DNA of 64,000 bases from Macrostomum hystrix (taxonomy: Eukaryota; Animalia; Platyhelminthes). Under the pieces are notes generated by a model that worked only from the letters and a program-made list of their open reading frames with translations, had not been told where the DNA came from and searched no databases. The position numbers and the translations under genes were made by a program. The stretch spans positions 7,006,001 through 7,070,000 of the forward strand of contig CATNEN010000034.1 of assembly GCA_950097015.1 (NCBI GenBank), written 5' to 3'. Positions 39,971 to 50,319 of the stretch are shown here, piece by piece; the first letter of the stretch is position 1; each line of letters starts with the position of its first letter.

Positions 39971-40564
39971 ATAGAATGGTCAGATAATTTAGACCTGAGC
40001 ATTAAGTCGGAGTATAAAAATAACTTTCTGAGGCTCTTTCCCTGAGAATATTGTAACGATATTTTTCTGCCAACCAATCAAAGCACAGAGAAAAACTGGC
40101 TAAATTAAGTTGTCAAAGACGATAACTTTCTTTAATCCAGTCTTTTTTTCAACACATTTAAAACAAATTAAGCTATTTGTTTCATTTCTCGGCTTCCTCA
40201 TTCGACTTCCAGCTTTCGAGTGCCTTCGCTTCGACTGCTGCGTGGTCCAAAGTGCACGATGACCTATCTGAATACGTTTTGCTCACAGCGTCCGAGCTAC
40301 CAGATCAGTCCCTAATGCATCCTAGCTGCCACGGTTGAAGGAAGTCTTGTGGCAGCAGCCACTTACTCCAGCGAAGACAAAGTTTGTCGCCACTTCCAGT
40401 GCCGACTCGGCCAGTCTGGCTGTAGAAAGTGCAGGAACTTTCAGAATAGCGAGCTGCCAACTATATGGGTAGGAATTGTTCAGCTTTGCTTAATGCGCTT
40501 GCTTGCTTTTTGCATGTCTGAGTAAATTATAACAAAAGCAATAACAATTGCTTGTGTAGATTAG

Positions 40565-41158
40565 ATTTATCGATGGCGAGCAAAGCTGCTGGAAGACCGG
40601 GTGGATGCATCCGTGAGCTTCACCAGAGCCTGGAACGAATACTTGACCGAATTCGGTCAGGGGGAGAAGGGAAACTTCTGGATCGGACTGGAAAGGCTTC
40701 ACCTGCTCACGCTCAACGGTGGTCGAAGAGTCCGATGGGAGTTTAGCGTTTGGAACGGCACCTGGTACTGGGCCGAGAGCGTCAACTTCTCGGTGGCTGA
40801 CAGCTCGGACAAGTTCCGGGCCAGTTTGGGCGCTCTTGACGCGAGCAGGTCGACTGTCGGCCAGTTCCCGCTGGATGATGTTCGATCGATGCACAACCAG
40901 CAGTTCTCCACCATCGACTCTGATAACGACGCGCTTGATGGCTCATTTGCGACGAGATACAGCAGCGCCTGGTGGTTCAGCTCTTGTGCCAACTTTGATC
41001 CCAATCGGCTGTATTTTATCCCACCCGAAGCCTTCAACATGGGCGACTATGGCAAACTTTGGAAAGGAATTTTCTACTGGTATCCAGGAGCTCAGTATCC
41101 TGTCACCTACGATTACTCTATGCGCACCTTTGAGTGCCTCATCCTGATTACCTTGTAA
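40565..41158 (+). CDS. Fibrinogen-related domain (FReD) exon; upstream exons not resolved
   Basis: DASVSFTRAWNEY..FG, FWIGLERLHLLT, HNQQFSTIDSDND, AWWFSSC; the frame opens after TAG at 40562-40564. Confidence 0.8.
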   Translation: MYRWRAKLLEDRVDASVSFTRAWNEYLTEFGQGEKGNFWIGLERLHLLTLNGGRRVRWEFSVWNGTWYWAESVNFSVADSSDKFRASLGALDASRSTVGQFPLDDVRSMHNQQFSTIDSDNDALDGSFATRYSSAWWFSSCANFDPNRLYFIPPEAFNMGDYGKLWKGIFYWYPGAQYPVTYDYSMRTFECLILITL

Positions 41159-41328
41159 TTGCCGGAATGCTTATATTCCGGTTCAATGAAATATAAACAC
41201 GACTAAGAATAAAATGTTAAGAGTTTGATCTGAGATTTTGAACAAGAAAGTACACTGGTTAAAACCCAGCTATGTTCTAAGTACGTAGCCAATAGCTACC
41301 ATGCAAGCAGCAAAAACATGTAACACAG

Positions 41329-41545
41329 AGTGACACAGAGCACTCTTGATTTGATTCACTGCTGGCGACTCGGGCGAGCTGTCTATGACCCATAGTGGTA
41401 GATAGGGGCGGAGAGTTTGTACAGAGAGTGACACAGAGCACTCTTGATTTGATCCACTGCTGGCGACTCGGGCGAGCTGTCTATGACAACTAATATGGTA
41501 GATAGGGGCGGAGAGTTTGTACAGAGAGTGACACAGAGAGTGACA
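41329..41545. repeat. About 99-bp direct tandem duplication (2 copies plus a partial third)
   Basis: agtgacacagagcactcttgatttg...ggagagtttgtacagag recurs at 41329, 41427 and partly at 41527. Confidence 0.9.
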
Positions 41546-41845
41546 CACAGAGTCCAAGTCATTAGTTTCTTGCTTCTGGCCGATTCCGATTTTGTTTTAC
41601 TCTTTTCATGGACGTTTCGTTATGGTATGGGACGGCAGCCGCAACCCAGCCGCATCACTTTTTAAAATGACTTGTACCACATGCAAAATCCGTCTTTCCT
41701 ACTAGATTTTGACTAGATTTTATTGTCTTGACTTACTTGACTTAGCGGCAGGGGGCCTCCATGACGGACGCAGCGAGGAGGCGGCTGTTGCCGCCCATAT
41801 CGCTAACCCCTGGCAGCCAGACGGCCTCCAGCGAGGCGGTGCCGC

Positions 41846-44800
41846 TCAGGGTGGTCCGTCGGTCGGTTCCGCCGCGCGATCTTCCTCGCCATAGGCTGGG
41901 AAGAAATCAGCTCGGCCGGTATCCCGGAGGAAGTGGGCGAGCTGAGGGATGTTCTCGGGCGAGCAGGCTTCGGCAAGAGTCGGTGCCGGCCCGAGGTGTT
42001 TTAGCCTAGCCCGGGTGAAGGCCGGGCAGTGGCAAATGAAATGCTCGGCGTTTTCACGGCCGGAGCAGCAGAAAGGACACGTTTCCTCAGGCACGTGGCC
42101 TTGGAGGTAGCGGTGTCTGGTGAAGCAGCCATGTCCCGAAAGGGCCATGGTGACTGCTCTCAGGTCTCTGCGGTTTAGCCTGAGTAAGGCCTTACGCAGG
42201 TTACTAGAGGGGGTTGGCACCGCAGCCCTGGACTGGCGACAGTTCAGGGTGCTGGACCACCTCCTCCGGTGCTGGGTCTCCATCCAGTGGTTGATGCTGG
42301 AGTTGACAACGGAGGCGGGGATCGGGGATTCCGGGCCCGGGCCCATCAGGGAGCTGGCTGCTCCAGCCTTTGCAAGCTCGTCCGCCATCTCATTCCCTGT
42401 GAGCCCGGCGTGCCCAGGGATCCACATCAGCTCCACCTTGTTAGACTGCGCCAAACCGTTTAACTGGGTGTTGCAGTCCAAGGTGGTTCTGGAGCGAGAG
42501 GTGCAGCGACTGAGGGCCTTGAGGGCTGCTTGACTGTCGGAGTGAAAAAAGATCCTCCGACCAGCCAGCTGCCTCTGGCGCAGCTCAGCCGCACAGAAGC
42601 TGATGGCGAGCATTTCGTTTTGGAAAACGCTTGAGCTCTTGCCACAGTGTTGGGAGTGGGTCCAGAGGACCTCGCCACCCGAGGCGACGCACACCCCGAA
42701 TCCCGATTTACCGTTCATCAGGGAGCCGTCAGTGTAACAGTGGACTGCGGGGTCATCCCAGCAGTCCTTTACCTCATTACGAGGGAAGATGCTGACTTTG
42801 TACCTGTGGCTCCGGAGTAAAGTGGCCGGGGCCCCGTCCGAAAGGATGGTGAGCCCTCCGCACTCGCCCAGAGTTTTCAGGCAGAGGTCAGAGTGGGGCA
42901 GAAGGGAGCGCTTCGAGAAGGCTCGCGAATTCTGGAAGGATACACCCGCATCAAGGAGACGACGGGTGGACTTTGCCGCTTCCCCCTTAACAAAAATGTC
43001 AATGGGTGTAGCGTTGAGGAAAGCGTTCATGCCTTCAAAGGGAGTGGAGGGTGGGGCGCCCAGCGTCATGCGACAGGCTCTGCCCTGCACCCTATAAAGC
43101 GCCTCCAGGTTTTTCTGGATGCTCATGGCACTGGCCCAGATGAGGCCAGCGTAAGCGACTGACGGTCTAATGATCGCCGTGTAAATCCACCAAAGGTTTT
43201 TGGGGGTTAGCCCCCAAGTGGTGCCCACGGCTCGCCTGACTTGCGCCAGAATGGCCAGGGCCCTCTTGGCCTTTGTGGTAATGTGCGGGGTCCAGTTAAG
43301 CCTATGGTCTAGCAGGATACCAAGGCACCGGACCTGCTTTTCCATGGCAATATTCTTGCCATAGAGAGTCAGAGGCTCAATGGTCCAGCGCAGCCTGCTG
43401 GTAAACATAACCGCAACGGTCTTGGACTCAGAGAGTCGGAGCCCGCATTGGTCCGCCCAGCGCACCGCCCTGTTGATAAAGCCCTGAATGAGGTCCCTGG
43501 TGGTTTCCGCCGAGGGGCCCGCGCAGATGGCGGTCACATCGTCGGCATATCCCACCTTCAGGACTGGGTCAGGCCGAGTGCTTTTTAGCAGCTCATCCAT
43601 GACGAGATTCCACAGCAGTGGGGTGAGGACGCCACCTTGGGGCCCTCCTTTTAGGACAGGTGCCGAGAGCACCCTGCCTTCGAGGTGGGCCACCACGTGG
43701 CGATTCCGGATCATGTACATGACCCAACGGACGAGGTGGGGGTGAGTGGCCCTGGAAACCAGGGCCTTCTCAAAGGCTTCGAAAATAACGTTATCGAAGG
43801 CCCCCTCAATATCAAGGAAAACAGCCAGGGCAAAACCGCTGCCCAGCACTGCCTTCTCGAGAGTCTCCACAATGCAGTGGAGGGCGCTCTCCGTGGACCG
43901 GCCCGCCCGAAAGGCGTGCTGGTTTGGTGAGAGCGGGGCCCGCCCTAGCTCTACAGTAAGAAGGCGCCAGAGCACCAGTCTTTCCATGAGCTTGAGGCAG
44001 GTGGAAGTCAAGCTTATCGGGCGATAAGACTTGACCGAGCGATAGTCGCCTTTGGCGGGCTTCGGGATGAAGACGACCCGGGCTTCATGCCACCGCGCTG
44101 GTACGTAGCCCAGCACGATGCAGGCCCGTAGAAGTCTGCAGAGGAGATGGAGGAAGCGGCCATTTTTAACCGCTTCATGCAGAAAGGCCGGATATATACC
44201 ATCTGGCCCAGGTGCTTTAAAAGGATTGAATGACTTAGCCGCGCGAACGATGCGGTCATTCGTAACGAGTGACTGAGCCAGGCCCTGACCTCCACGCGAG
44301 TGGTCGTCTGGGCCGAAGTGCGCCGGTACACTCGGGAAGAAATGCCCTAGCATAAGCTCGAGCGTTTCCTCCGGGCGCTCAGTGATCGAGCCGTCCGGCT
44401 TTTTAATCGATGAGAGCTTGGAGAAGCGGTCGTTGGTGAGCGCCTTTACCACGCGGGCCGTGGGCCGCGAGCCCTCAAGCCCTTCGCAGTATTGTCGCCA
44501 CTTGTCCGCTTTTGCCCTTCTGACCCGGCCCTTAAACTCGTGGATGGCGCGAGTATAGGCCTCTTTGTCATCAGGGTCGTGCGAGGTTTTCAGCTTCCTC
44601 TGGAGAGCCTTAGCTCGGCGTCTTAGGACTCCGAGCTCGGGGTTCCACCAGGGGGCCGATTTTTTGCCTTTGTAGGCTTTGAGCGGGCAAGCCATTTCGT
44701 AGGCCTCTGTGATGGCGCCGCCCAGCAGGGCAGCCACTCCATCCAGGTCCTGCGTGGTTTCCATGGCCATGGAGGGGTCAGAATCCCGAAGGCCCTCATG

Positions 44801-45550
44801 CAGCTTTTGGCTGAACGCGGGCCAGTCGGTATTTCTGACATTACGCCTCCAAATAGGCTTTTGCTTCTTATCGGGGGTGCCGATGTTGAAACGGATGAAA
44901 CGGTGGTCCGAGAGCGAGCTTTCGGTCTCCCACACCTCCCACCCCAGCACCCTTGGGAGGATGCCGGGTGAGGCCAGGGTGACGTCAAGCACCTCAGCCC
45001 ACCGCCCATTGTCGAAAGTGGGCGTGTTGCCCACATTGCAGAAGTTTAGAGGCGTGCCGCTGACGAAGGCCAGGAGCTCTTCGCCGCGGTCATTGATTTT
45101 TGAGCTACCCCAGTGGGTGTGATGCGAGTTTACATCTCCCGCGAGGAGCAGCTCGAAGTTTCGTGCCCTGGCGAATTCACAGAGGGCGACGAGGGTATCG
45201 CTAACCACGGGGGCGTCGCCTGCCAGGTAGGCGGATGCCACGAGGGTCAACTTGTTAGGCACAATGTGTGCAGATTGGATGACGCAGATGTCCCCGTTAG
45301 AGAGATCGGGTCTCATCCACGCATTTAAGGCTTTTGCGGCATAGATCAGTGATCTAGGGCGGACAGAGTCTGCCATGCAGAAGCAGTCATAGCCAGCAGG
45401 AATGTTGCTTGGCTTGTTCTTTGATAGCCAGGGCTCCTGCACAAGTACAAGGCCCGGCATCATGCGCTCTGTCGTGCGCATCAGATTGACTGATGCTGCC
45501 ACGCAGTGCTGGGTGTTAACTTGCAGACATGATATTCCGGGGATCATCAT
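41846..45550 (-). CDS. ORF2: APE endonuclease, reverse transcriptase, RNase H and CCHC finger, 1234 aa
   Basis: LVQEPW, GDVNSHH, SDHRFI; [32 protein letters not shown]; YTDGS, SDSQAAL, WIPGHAG; [14 protein letters not shown]. Confidence 0.97.
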   Translation of the reverse strand: MMIPGISCLQVNTQHCVAASVNLMRTTERMMPGLVLVQEPWLSKNKPSNIPAGYDCFCMADSVRPRSLIYAAKALNAWMRPDLSNGDICVIQSAHIVPNKLTLVASAYLAGDAPVVSDTLVALCEFARARNFELLLAGDVNSHHTHWGSSKINDRGEELLAFVSGTPLNFCNVGNTPTFDNGRWAEVLDVTLASPGILPRVLGWEVWETESSLSDHRFIRFNIGTPDKKQKPIWRRNVRNTDWPAFSQKLHEGLRDSDPSMAMETTQDLDGVAALLGGAITEAYEMACPLKAYKGKKSAPWWNPELGVLRRRAKALQRKLKTSHDPDDKEAYTRAIHEFKGRVRRAKADKWRQYCEGLEGSRPTARVVKALTNDRFSKLSSIKKPDGSITERPEETLELMLGHFFPSVPAHFGPDDHSRGGQGLAQSLVTNDRIVRAAKSFNPFKAPGPDGIYPAFLHEAVKNGRFLHLLCRLLRACIVLGYVPARWHEARVVFIPKPAKGDYRSVKSYRPISLTSTCLKLMERLVLWRLLTVELGRAPLSPNQHAFRAGRSTESALHCIVETLEKAVLGSGFALAVFLDIEGAFDNVIFEAFEKALVSRATHPHLVRWVMYMIRNRHVVAHLEGRVLSAPVLKGGPQGGVLTPLLWNLVMDELLKSTRPDPVLKVGYADDVTAICAGPSAETTRDLIQGFINRAVRWADQCGLRLSESKTVAVMFTSRLRWTIEPLTLYGKNIAMEKQVRCLGILLDHRLNWTPHITTKAKRALAILAQVRRAVGTTWGLTPKNLWWIYTAIIRPSVAYAGLIWASAMSIQKNLEALYRVQGRACRMTLGAPPSTPFEGMNAFLNATPIDIFVKGEAAKSTRRLLDAGVSFQNSRAFSKRSLLPHSDLCLKTLGECGGLTILSDGAPATLLRSHRYKVSIFPRNEVKDCWDDPAVHCYTDGSLMNGKSGFGVCVASGGEVLWTHSQHCGKSSSVFQNEMLAISFCAAELRQRQLAGRRIFFHSDSQAALKALSRCTSRSRTTLDCNTQLNGLAQSNKVELMWIPGHAGLTGNEMADELAKAGAASSLMGPGPESPIPASVVNSSINHWMETQHRRRWSSTLNCRQSRAAVPTPSSNLRKALLRLNRRDLRAVTMALSGHGCFTRHRYLQGHVPEETCPFCCSGRENAEHFICHCPAFTRARLKHLGPAPTLAEACSPENIPQLAHFLRDTGRADFFPAYGEEDRAAEPTDGPP

Positions 45551-45562
45551 GCAGGCAGAGGT

Positions 45563-47110
45563 CTACTTGGAGGGGGACCCAGCCAGAAGGCGGTCCTCCT
45601 CCTCCGGGTCGATGTCGGTAGCCATGGGCTCCTCCGTGCCCAGGCCCCGAGCCGGAGACGGGAACTCGACGGCGTCAGCCGCCCAGTCCCCGCCCCCGGC
45701 CCCGAGCCCAGGCCCAGAGTCGCCCTCAACTGGAGCCGACACCGCTCCCTGGGCCGTGGGAGGGGCGCTCGAAGGGCCCTGCTCGATGGAGCTGGGCACC
45801 TCTGAGGCCTCCCCCGTAGCCCTTGGTTGCGGCGCCTGCCCCGGTGGGCCACCGCGCATCTCAGCGCGCAGCTGGGCCATCTTGGCGGTTCGCACCACCT
45901 CGGAGGCCCGCTGGAGAAGGCCCCGGCGCTTTGTGACACGCGCGGGGCGACGCTCAGAGCTGCCAGCGATGGCACGCTCTGGCCTTTTTTGGCGGGACGA
46001 CTGGGCCCTGCCCCCAGTCCCAGCCTTGGGGTCCGAGGACCCTTCATTGGCCGGTACGGTGGTGGGCCCGGTCTGACCTCGGGTTTTATCCGCCTCGAAG
46101 GCGAAGATTTTGGTCTTCCACAGACCAATGCAAATGTTGGCGCCATCTGGGTAGCGGCGTGTCCATTGCTCGGACAGGCCCAGAATGGCGGTGAAACCGG
46201 TGCCGTCGGGGCGCAGGATCGTGCGGTGCACGATCAGGCCCGCTGTCGGCAGCTCCCGGTTCATCGCGATGAGGCCCCTGCGGAGGTCCTCAGCGCTGGT
46301 GACGACACTTTTCGCCGGGACGAAGATACGGTGTCGCTTGGTCTTTGGTGGCTCGTTCTCCCGTAGGAACTCGAGGCCAGCCGCCCAGCTCTGCGTGGGC
46401 AGCAACTCGAGGAGCCGCCGCCCCGATTCCGCATCGCCGGGCCAGACGACGAAGCACGATTCCCTGGTAGCGCTTGCGCCGACCGCCAGGGGCTCGCCCT
46501 TCAGTTGAAGTTGCCACAACATAGCATCTATGTTGCGGCAAATGTCGCTGAGCTGTTCGCTGCTCAGCCTTTTCCCGTCTCTGCCGGTGATGATGACGGC
46601 AGGTTGCCTACGTGCGATGGCGGCGTAGGTAGCTTGTGGTCCCGGGCCCTGTCCGGTGGCGTCCCCACCCTCGGGATCTGCGTCGGCGGTGGGCACTGGG
46701 CCCTCCGCCTCCGCTTCTCCTTCGGGCCGGGCAGCCGTCCGGATGGGCGCCGGGCCCTCCTTGGCCCGCGACCCTGGCCTCGGGGCGTCGTGGGCTCCGC
46801 CCCGTGCAGGAGCCTGGGCAGGAGGCACAAGGCCCCCCGCCCCAGCCCCCGCCCTAGGCAGAGCCCCTTCGGCCCCTCTGGCCTGGGCCTGGTCCTTGGT
46901 CAATGGAGCCGACGTGCCGTGGGCCAGCATGCGCCTACGGCGTTTTGCCGCTCCAGAGGTGGTGGAGCGCTTAGCGCCCCGGTCATCGCGCGAGTTGGGC
47001 AGCGCGGCATTTGTGGCGGTCGCGGGGCCAGCTAGCCCGGGCGCCGCAGCGTGTATGGCCTCAGGCACCATGGTGTCCTCGGCCGGAGCAGTTGAAGGGC
47101 TAGAAGCCAT
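45563..47110 (-). CDS. ORF1 (gag-like, possibly DUF4780-type) of the LOA-like element
   Basis: Uninterrupted ORF upstream of ORF2; low-complexity ends around a structured core (RHRIFVP...ICIGLWKTKIF). Confidence 0.85.
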   Translation of the reverse strand: MASSPSTAPAEDTMVPEAIHAAAPGLAGPATATNAALPNSRDDRGAKRSTTSGAAKRRRRMLAHGTSAPLTKDQAQARGAEGALPRAGAGAGGLVPPAQAPARGGAHDAPRPGSRAKEGPAPIRTAARPEGEAEAEGPVPTADADPEGGDATGQGPGPQATYAAIARRQPAVIITGRDGKRLSSEQLSDICRNIDAMLWQLQLKGEPLAVGASATRESCFVVWPGDAESGRRLLELLPTQSWAAGLEFLRENEPPKTKRHRIFVPAKSVVTSAEDLRRGLIAMNRELPTAGLIVHRTILRPDGTGFTAILGLSEQWTRRYPDGANICIGLWKTKIFAFEADKTRGQTGPTTVPANEGSSDPKAGTGGRAQSSRQKRPERAIAGSSERRPARVTKRRGLLQRASEVVRTAKMAQLRAEMRGGPPGQAPQPRATGEASEVPSSIEQGPSSAPPTAQGAVSAPVEGDSGPGLGAGGGDWAADAVEFPSPARGLGTEEPMATDIDPEEEDRLLAGSPSK

Positions 47111-47779
47111 TGAAAGCTGCAATGAAGAGAGGGGCTTCCTGTAGACACAGGCAGGAATAACCCGCTCAGCCGCGATCCCAAAACTGAGCGGGGGCAGCCA
47201 AAAAAGACAAGTTACAACCCGGGGTGGGATGCCAGGACCACCGGGAGGAACCGTAAGAGACCAGACTACTCCCTGGCCAAGCGTCCATCAGCACGGTCAA
47301 CACTGGGACATTGGAGGGTGCCATTGAGCCGGCGCCGAGGCCTGCGGGCTGGCCGCAAACCCTGTTAAGGTCAAAGGGTGACACCTGTCCCTCAGGGCCG
47401 TAGCCAGAGGTACCTGATCACGCACAGGTGCACGAAAATTGCGGACAAGCCACATACCCTGTTAAGGTCAAAGGGTGACACCTTTCCCTCCAGCCGGGGC
47501 TAGAGGTACCCAGTTTGGCCGGAGGCCCTGGATGGGTCATCCAGCGCTGTTGCCCATTCTGTCCGGCTGCCCTAGGGTCAGCCTTGAACACTCGCGGGAC
47601 GTGTACCCATGGGTCAGCTGACGGGACAGCGTTGGAGGGATTCCTGCACCCGAAGGTACAGGTCTCCTTCCTGCCAGGCCTGCTCAAAAAACGGCTGCAG
47701 GTGTGAGGCATCGCAGACCAAAGCCCGTGGGCCTGGACTGACTCATACCTCACAGGCACTGTGTCCCGCCGGTGCGAGC
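47111..47779 (-). promoter_or_regulatory. Structured 5'UTR of the retrotransposon with a duplicated motif
   Basis: Several 8-10 bp stems, a cUUCGg-capped hairpin (47643-47662), and two copies of a ~55-nt motif at 47456-47510 and 47359-47414. Confidence 0.7.
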
Positions 47780-48229
47780 AGATTTTATTGTACCACACGT
47801 TAAATAATCTTCATATTGCTAATCATGTCACTTTTGAAGCCTTGAAATATCCGGATTAAAAAAATCGTTGCGGCTGGCATTGGGCCGATCACTTGCGTCC
47901 TCGCTTCTGACTAGATTATTGTACCGTTTTTACTTTATAAAATTTCAGCAAAATGCGCATCCTTTGAGCTCAAAAGTTTGAACGAGCTTTAATAAGCAAA
48001 AAATCATCGTCTGAAGTTTTAATAAAGTCCTTCCCGGTAGCAAATGGTCTTCTCTCTTCATAGATAGATCTCTCTTCACATATAATAGAATATATACGGC
48101 CTGCATCACATTTGTACCACCTCAAGCACATAATTTTATACAACCCTGTGCAAAAGTAAGCATTTTGATCAACCGGTTCGAAAGTTATAGACAAAATCCT
48201 GCGTTCACATTTTCTTCTGGGTTGCGGCT

Positions 48230-49450
48230 AGAGACACGTCGGTGGCTGAGAAAAGAAAACCCCAAAAAGAGAGAAGAGAGAAGAAAGAGGGCTGCTGTTG
48301 GAGCATACCGGCGTCTTGTCTGGAAAGCGAATCCGATTCCAGCTTATCTTTGGAAAGTTCTGACTGTGTCAGTGAGGTCAGTGAAGACGATGTGGATCTA
48401 TTCCTGACCCAGTTTGTTTCGCATAGCTTAGTCTCACGAATTTGCGAATGGATGAATCAACGAAAGCGTTCTGTACAAGGGTAGGTTGCTCATGAAGCAG
48501 TACATGGTATGGAGATGGTGTGAACTGCGATGGTTTATGTGTGAGAGGAAAGTTGTCGAATTCTGTCCGTAACCGCCTGAACCTCGGATACCACGTCTTC
48601 TGCGACTATTGGTTCGCCTCTCTTCGGTAGTCAAAGTTTTTGCTGGAAAACAATACGTTGATGACAGGCACGGTACGAAAAGACCGAGGAATTACCGTAA
48701 AAACGAAGGAGAAGAATTGCTGCAACTTTATCGCAGCCGCACCTCTCGAAGCGGTGCCGAGTGCGAAGCGGCGTCACTAAAAATGCACTTTTTACCTGCA
48801 CGGCATGCTCCACTTCGCCGCCACTCTGAGCCACCGCATGCTTGATTAGCAAAATGTTTCGGATAATTAAAGATAAAATTAATTTTCTTTTGATTAGCTT
48901 GCTTCCAGTTAGATGGCTTCTCTGCAGCCACATCGGGCTTTCTCAGAGTAATCTCAATTCAGGCCATGGACAACAGAATGCTCTGCAGCCACTGTGTTTG
49001 AGTGGATGAATAACCTTGCTCAACAATATAAATTGGTTCCCTCGGGCTGAGATGTGAGATGAAGGTACAGGTACAACAATCTTATGTGACATACATGATC
49101 GATACCAGCCAATTGGTACTCGTACAATCAGATTATAAAAGTCTTTAAAGAGCTTTAGAACTCTTTCGGTTGAACACAGACAGCTACGATCCATGAGCTA
49201 AATATCTTATTCTCGTATTTGTGCTCACTGATGCCTGATTTCTCCAGAAATATTGTACCAAAAAATAAGAGTTTCAAGTCTAGACGTATTTGTCCTCATC
49301 GAACTTAGTGGCCTTGGTGCAAGCGTTAGTTCAGTTGGACAATGCCTTCTCCAACAAATGGTTACATCATGCTTTTGCGTGCAAAAATTAGCAATCAAAT
49401 AAATCAGAAAGGAACTTGAGCAGCTTAAAATTATACGAGCAGACAGCAGT
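48230..49450 (+). pseudogene. piggyBac-like transposase relic
   Basis: Acidic N-terminus then LFLTQFVSHSLVSRICEWMN; LGYHVFCDYWFASL*..LLENNTLMTGTVRKDR; WCKR*F...TNGYIML; many stops. Confidence 0.7.
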
Positions 49451-49734
49451 GTGATCACAGTATGGTTCAGGTGTTCACTAAGCTTAAACTAAGGCAAGTC
49501 AACATTAACACAACTGCTCGATAGCAAATCGAAGACAATTAAAAGCGATAAAATTTTAGGCAAAACATGAGCAGAACTTATTTCAGCACTGCAATAAAGG
49601 AAGTCATAAGAAATTTACAAAAGGCTGCATAAAATGCTAAAACGGTGCAGATTTGTCAGTGACAGGCCAGCTGTCAAATGGGTACTGCAGGTCAATCAAC
49701 TTCAAGGGTCCTTCTGAAGATGGGGCTCAGTGAG

Positions 49735-50319
49735 TCAGTGTCTTCCGCACCCTGTCGCAGGCGCCTTCTGGTTGTCTGCCGTCGCAAACGCCGGCAGAAG
49801 CCGCCTCCTGCTGGGATTCATAGCACTGTGCGCTCTCTGCTGCTTCTGCTGGCAGCGTGGCTGCTGACCGCGGCTGGCGTGACAAGCGACAGCTGACGCC
49901 TCAGCCGCAGCTTTGAGCTCCCGACGCAGTCGACGTTCCCGGCGGGCCTCCTCGTCAAGGTCAAGCGACTTATATGGAGCTTTCGTCTGCACTTCATCGA
50001 TGCCATAGATGGCGAAGAGGCGGCGCAGACCGCGGCTGGGCAAGCCGCAGAAAATATTCGCAAACGCATTGCGACGGCCGCGCCCTACCGTACAATGGTC
50101 GAAGAGCACTTTGTCGTCAGACTTCACCTCCTCGCCTAGAAGGCGGGCGAGTTTGTTGACGCTGGCCAGTTTGGCGGCCGTCAGCTGGTCCTGGCTGCTG
50201 GTGCCTTCGTCGTGGCTGCTTGAACAGCTGGACGCTCCGCCGGACGAGGCGCCGCTGCCGCAGCGACAGAAGCCGTCGCGTGCCTTCCTGCCGAGAGCTG
50301 ATAGCGTCATGTTTTTCAT
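49735..50319 (-). CDS. Hypothetical protein, 194 aa
   Basis: ATG-initiated GC-rich ORF with a Ser/Gly linker, a helical KLARLLGEE segment and a charged coiled segment; no family recognised. Confidence 0.45.
   Translation of the reverse strand: MKNMTLSALGRKARDGFCRCGSGASSGGASSCSSSHDEGTSSQDQLTAAKLASVNKLARLLGEEVKSDDKVLFDHCTVGRGRRNAFANIFCGLPSRGLRRLFAIYGIDEVQTKAPYKSLDLDEEARRERRLRRELKAAAEASAVACHASRGQQPRCQQKQQRAHSAMNPSRRRLLPAFATADNQKAPATGCGRH

Larger units (their letters stand above)
41727..47779 (-). mobile_element. Full-length LOA/Lian-like non-LTR retrotransposon (6053 bp)
   Basis: 12-bp TSD agattttattgt at 41715-41726 and 47780-47791; two intact ORFs; aagtc-type tail. Clade call is inferred from the APE-RT-RNaseH-ZnF order and the ORF1 type. 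Confidence 0.93.

Noticed and set aside
45402-47144. Long plus-strand and alternate-frame ORFs over LINE ORF1, and similar ones over NWD and SRPRA
   Set aside because: Shadow ORFs of GC-rich coding sequence.
47600-47779. HDV-like ribozyme at the exact 5' end of the LINE
   Set aside because: ggcgggac can pair with gtcccgtc, but no P3/L3/P1.1/J4-2 arrangement could be built.
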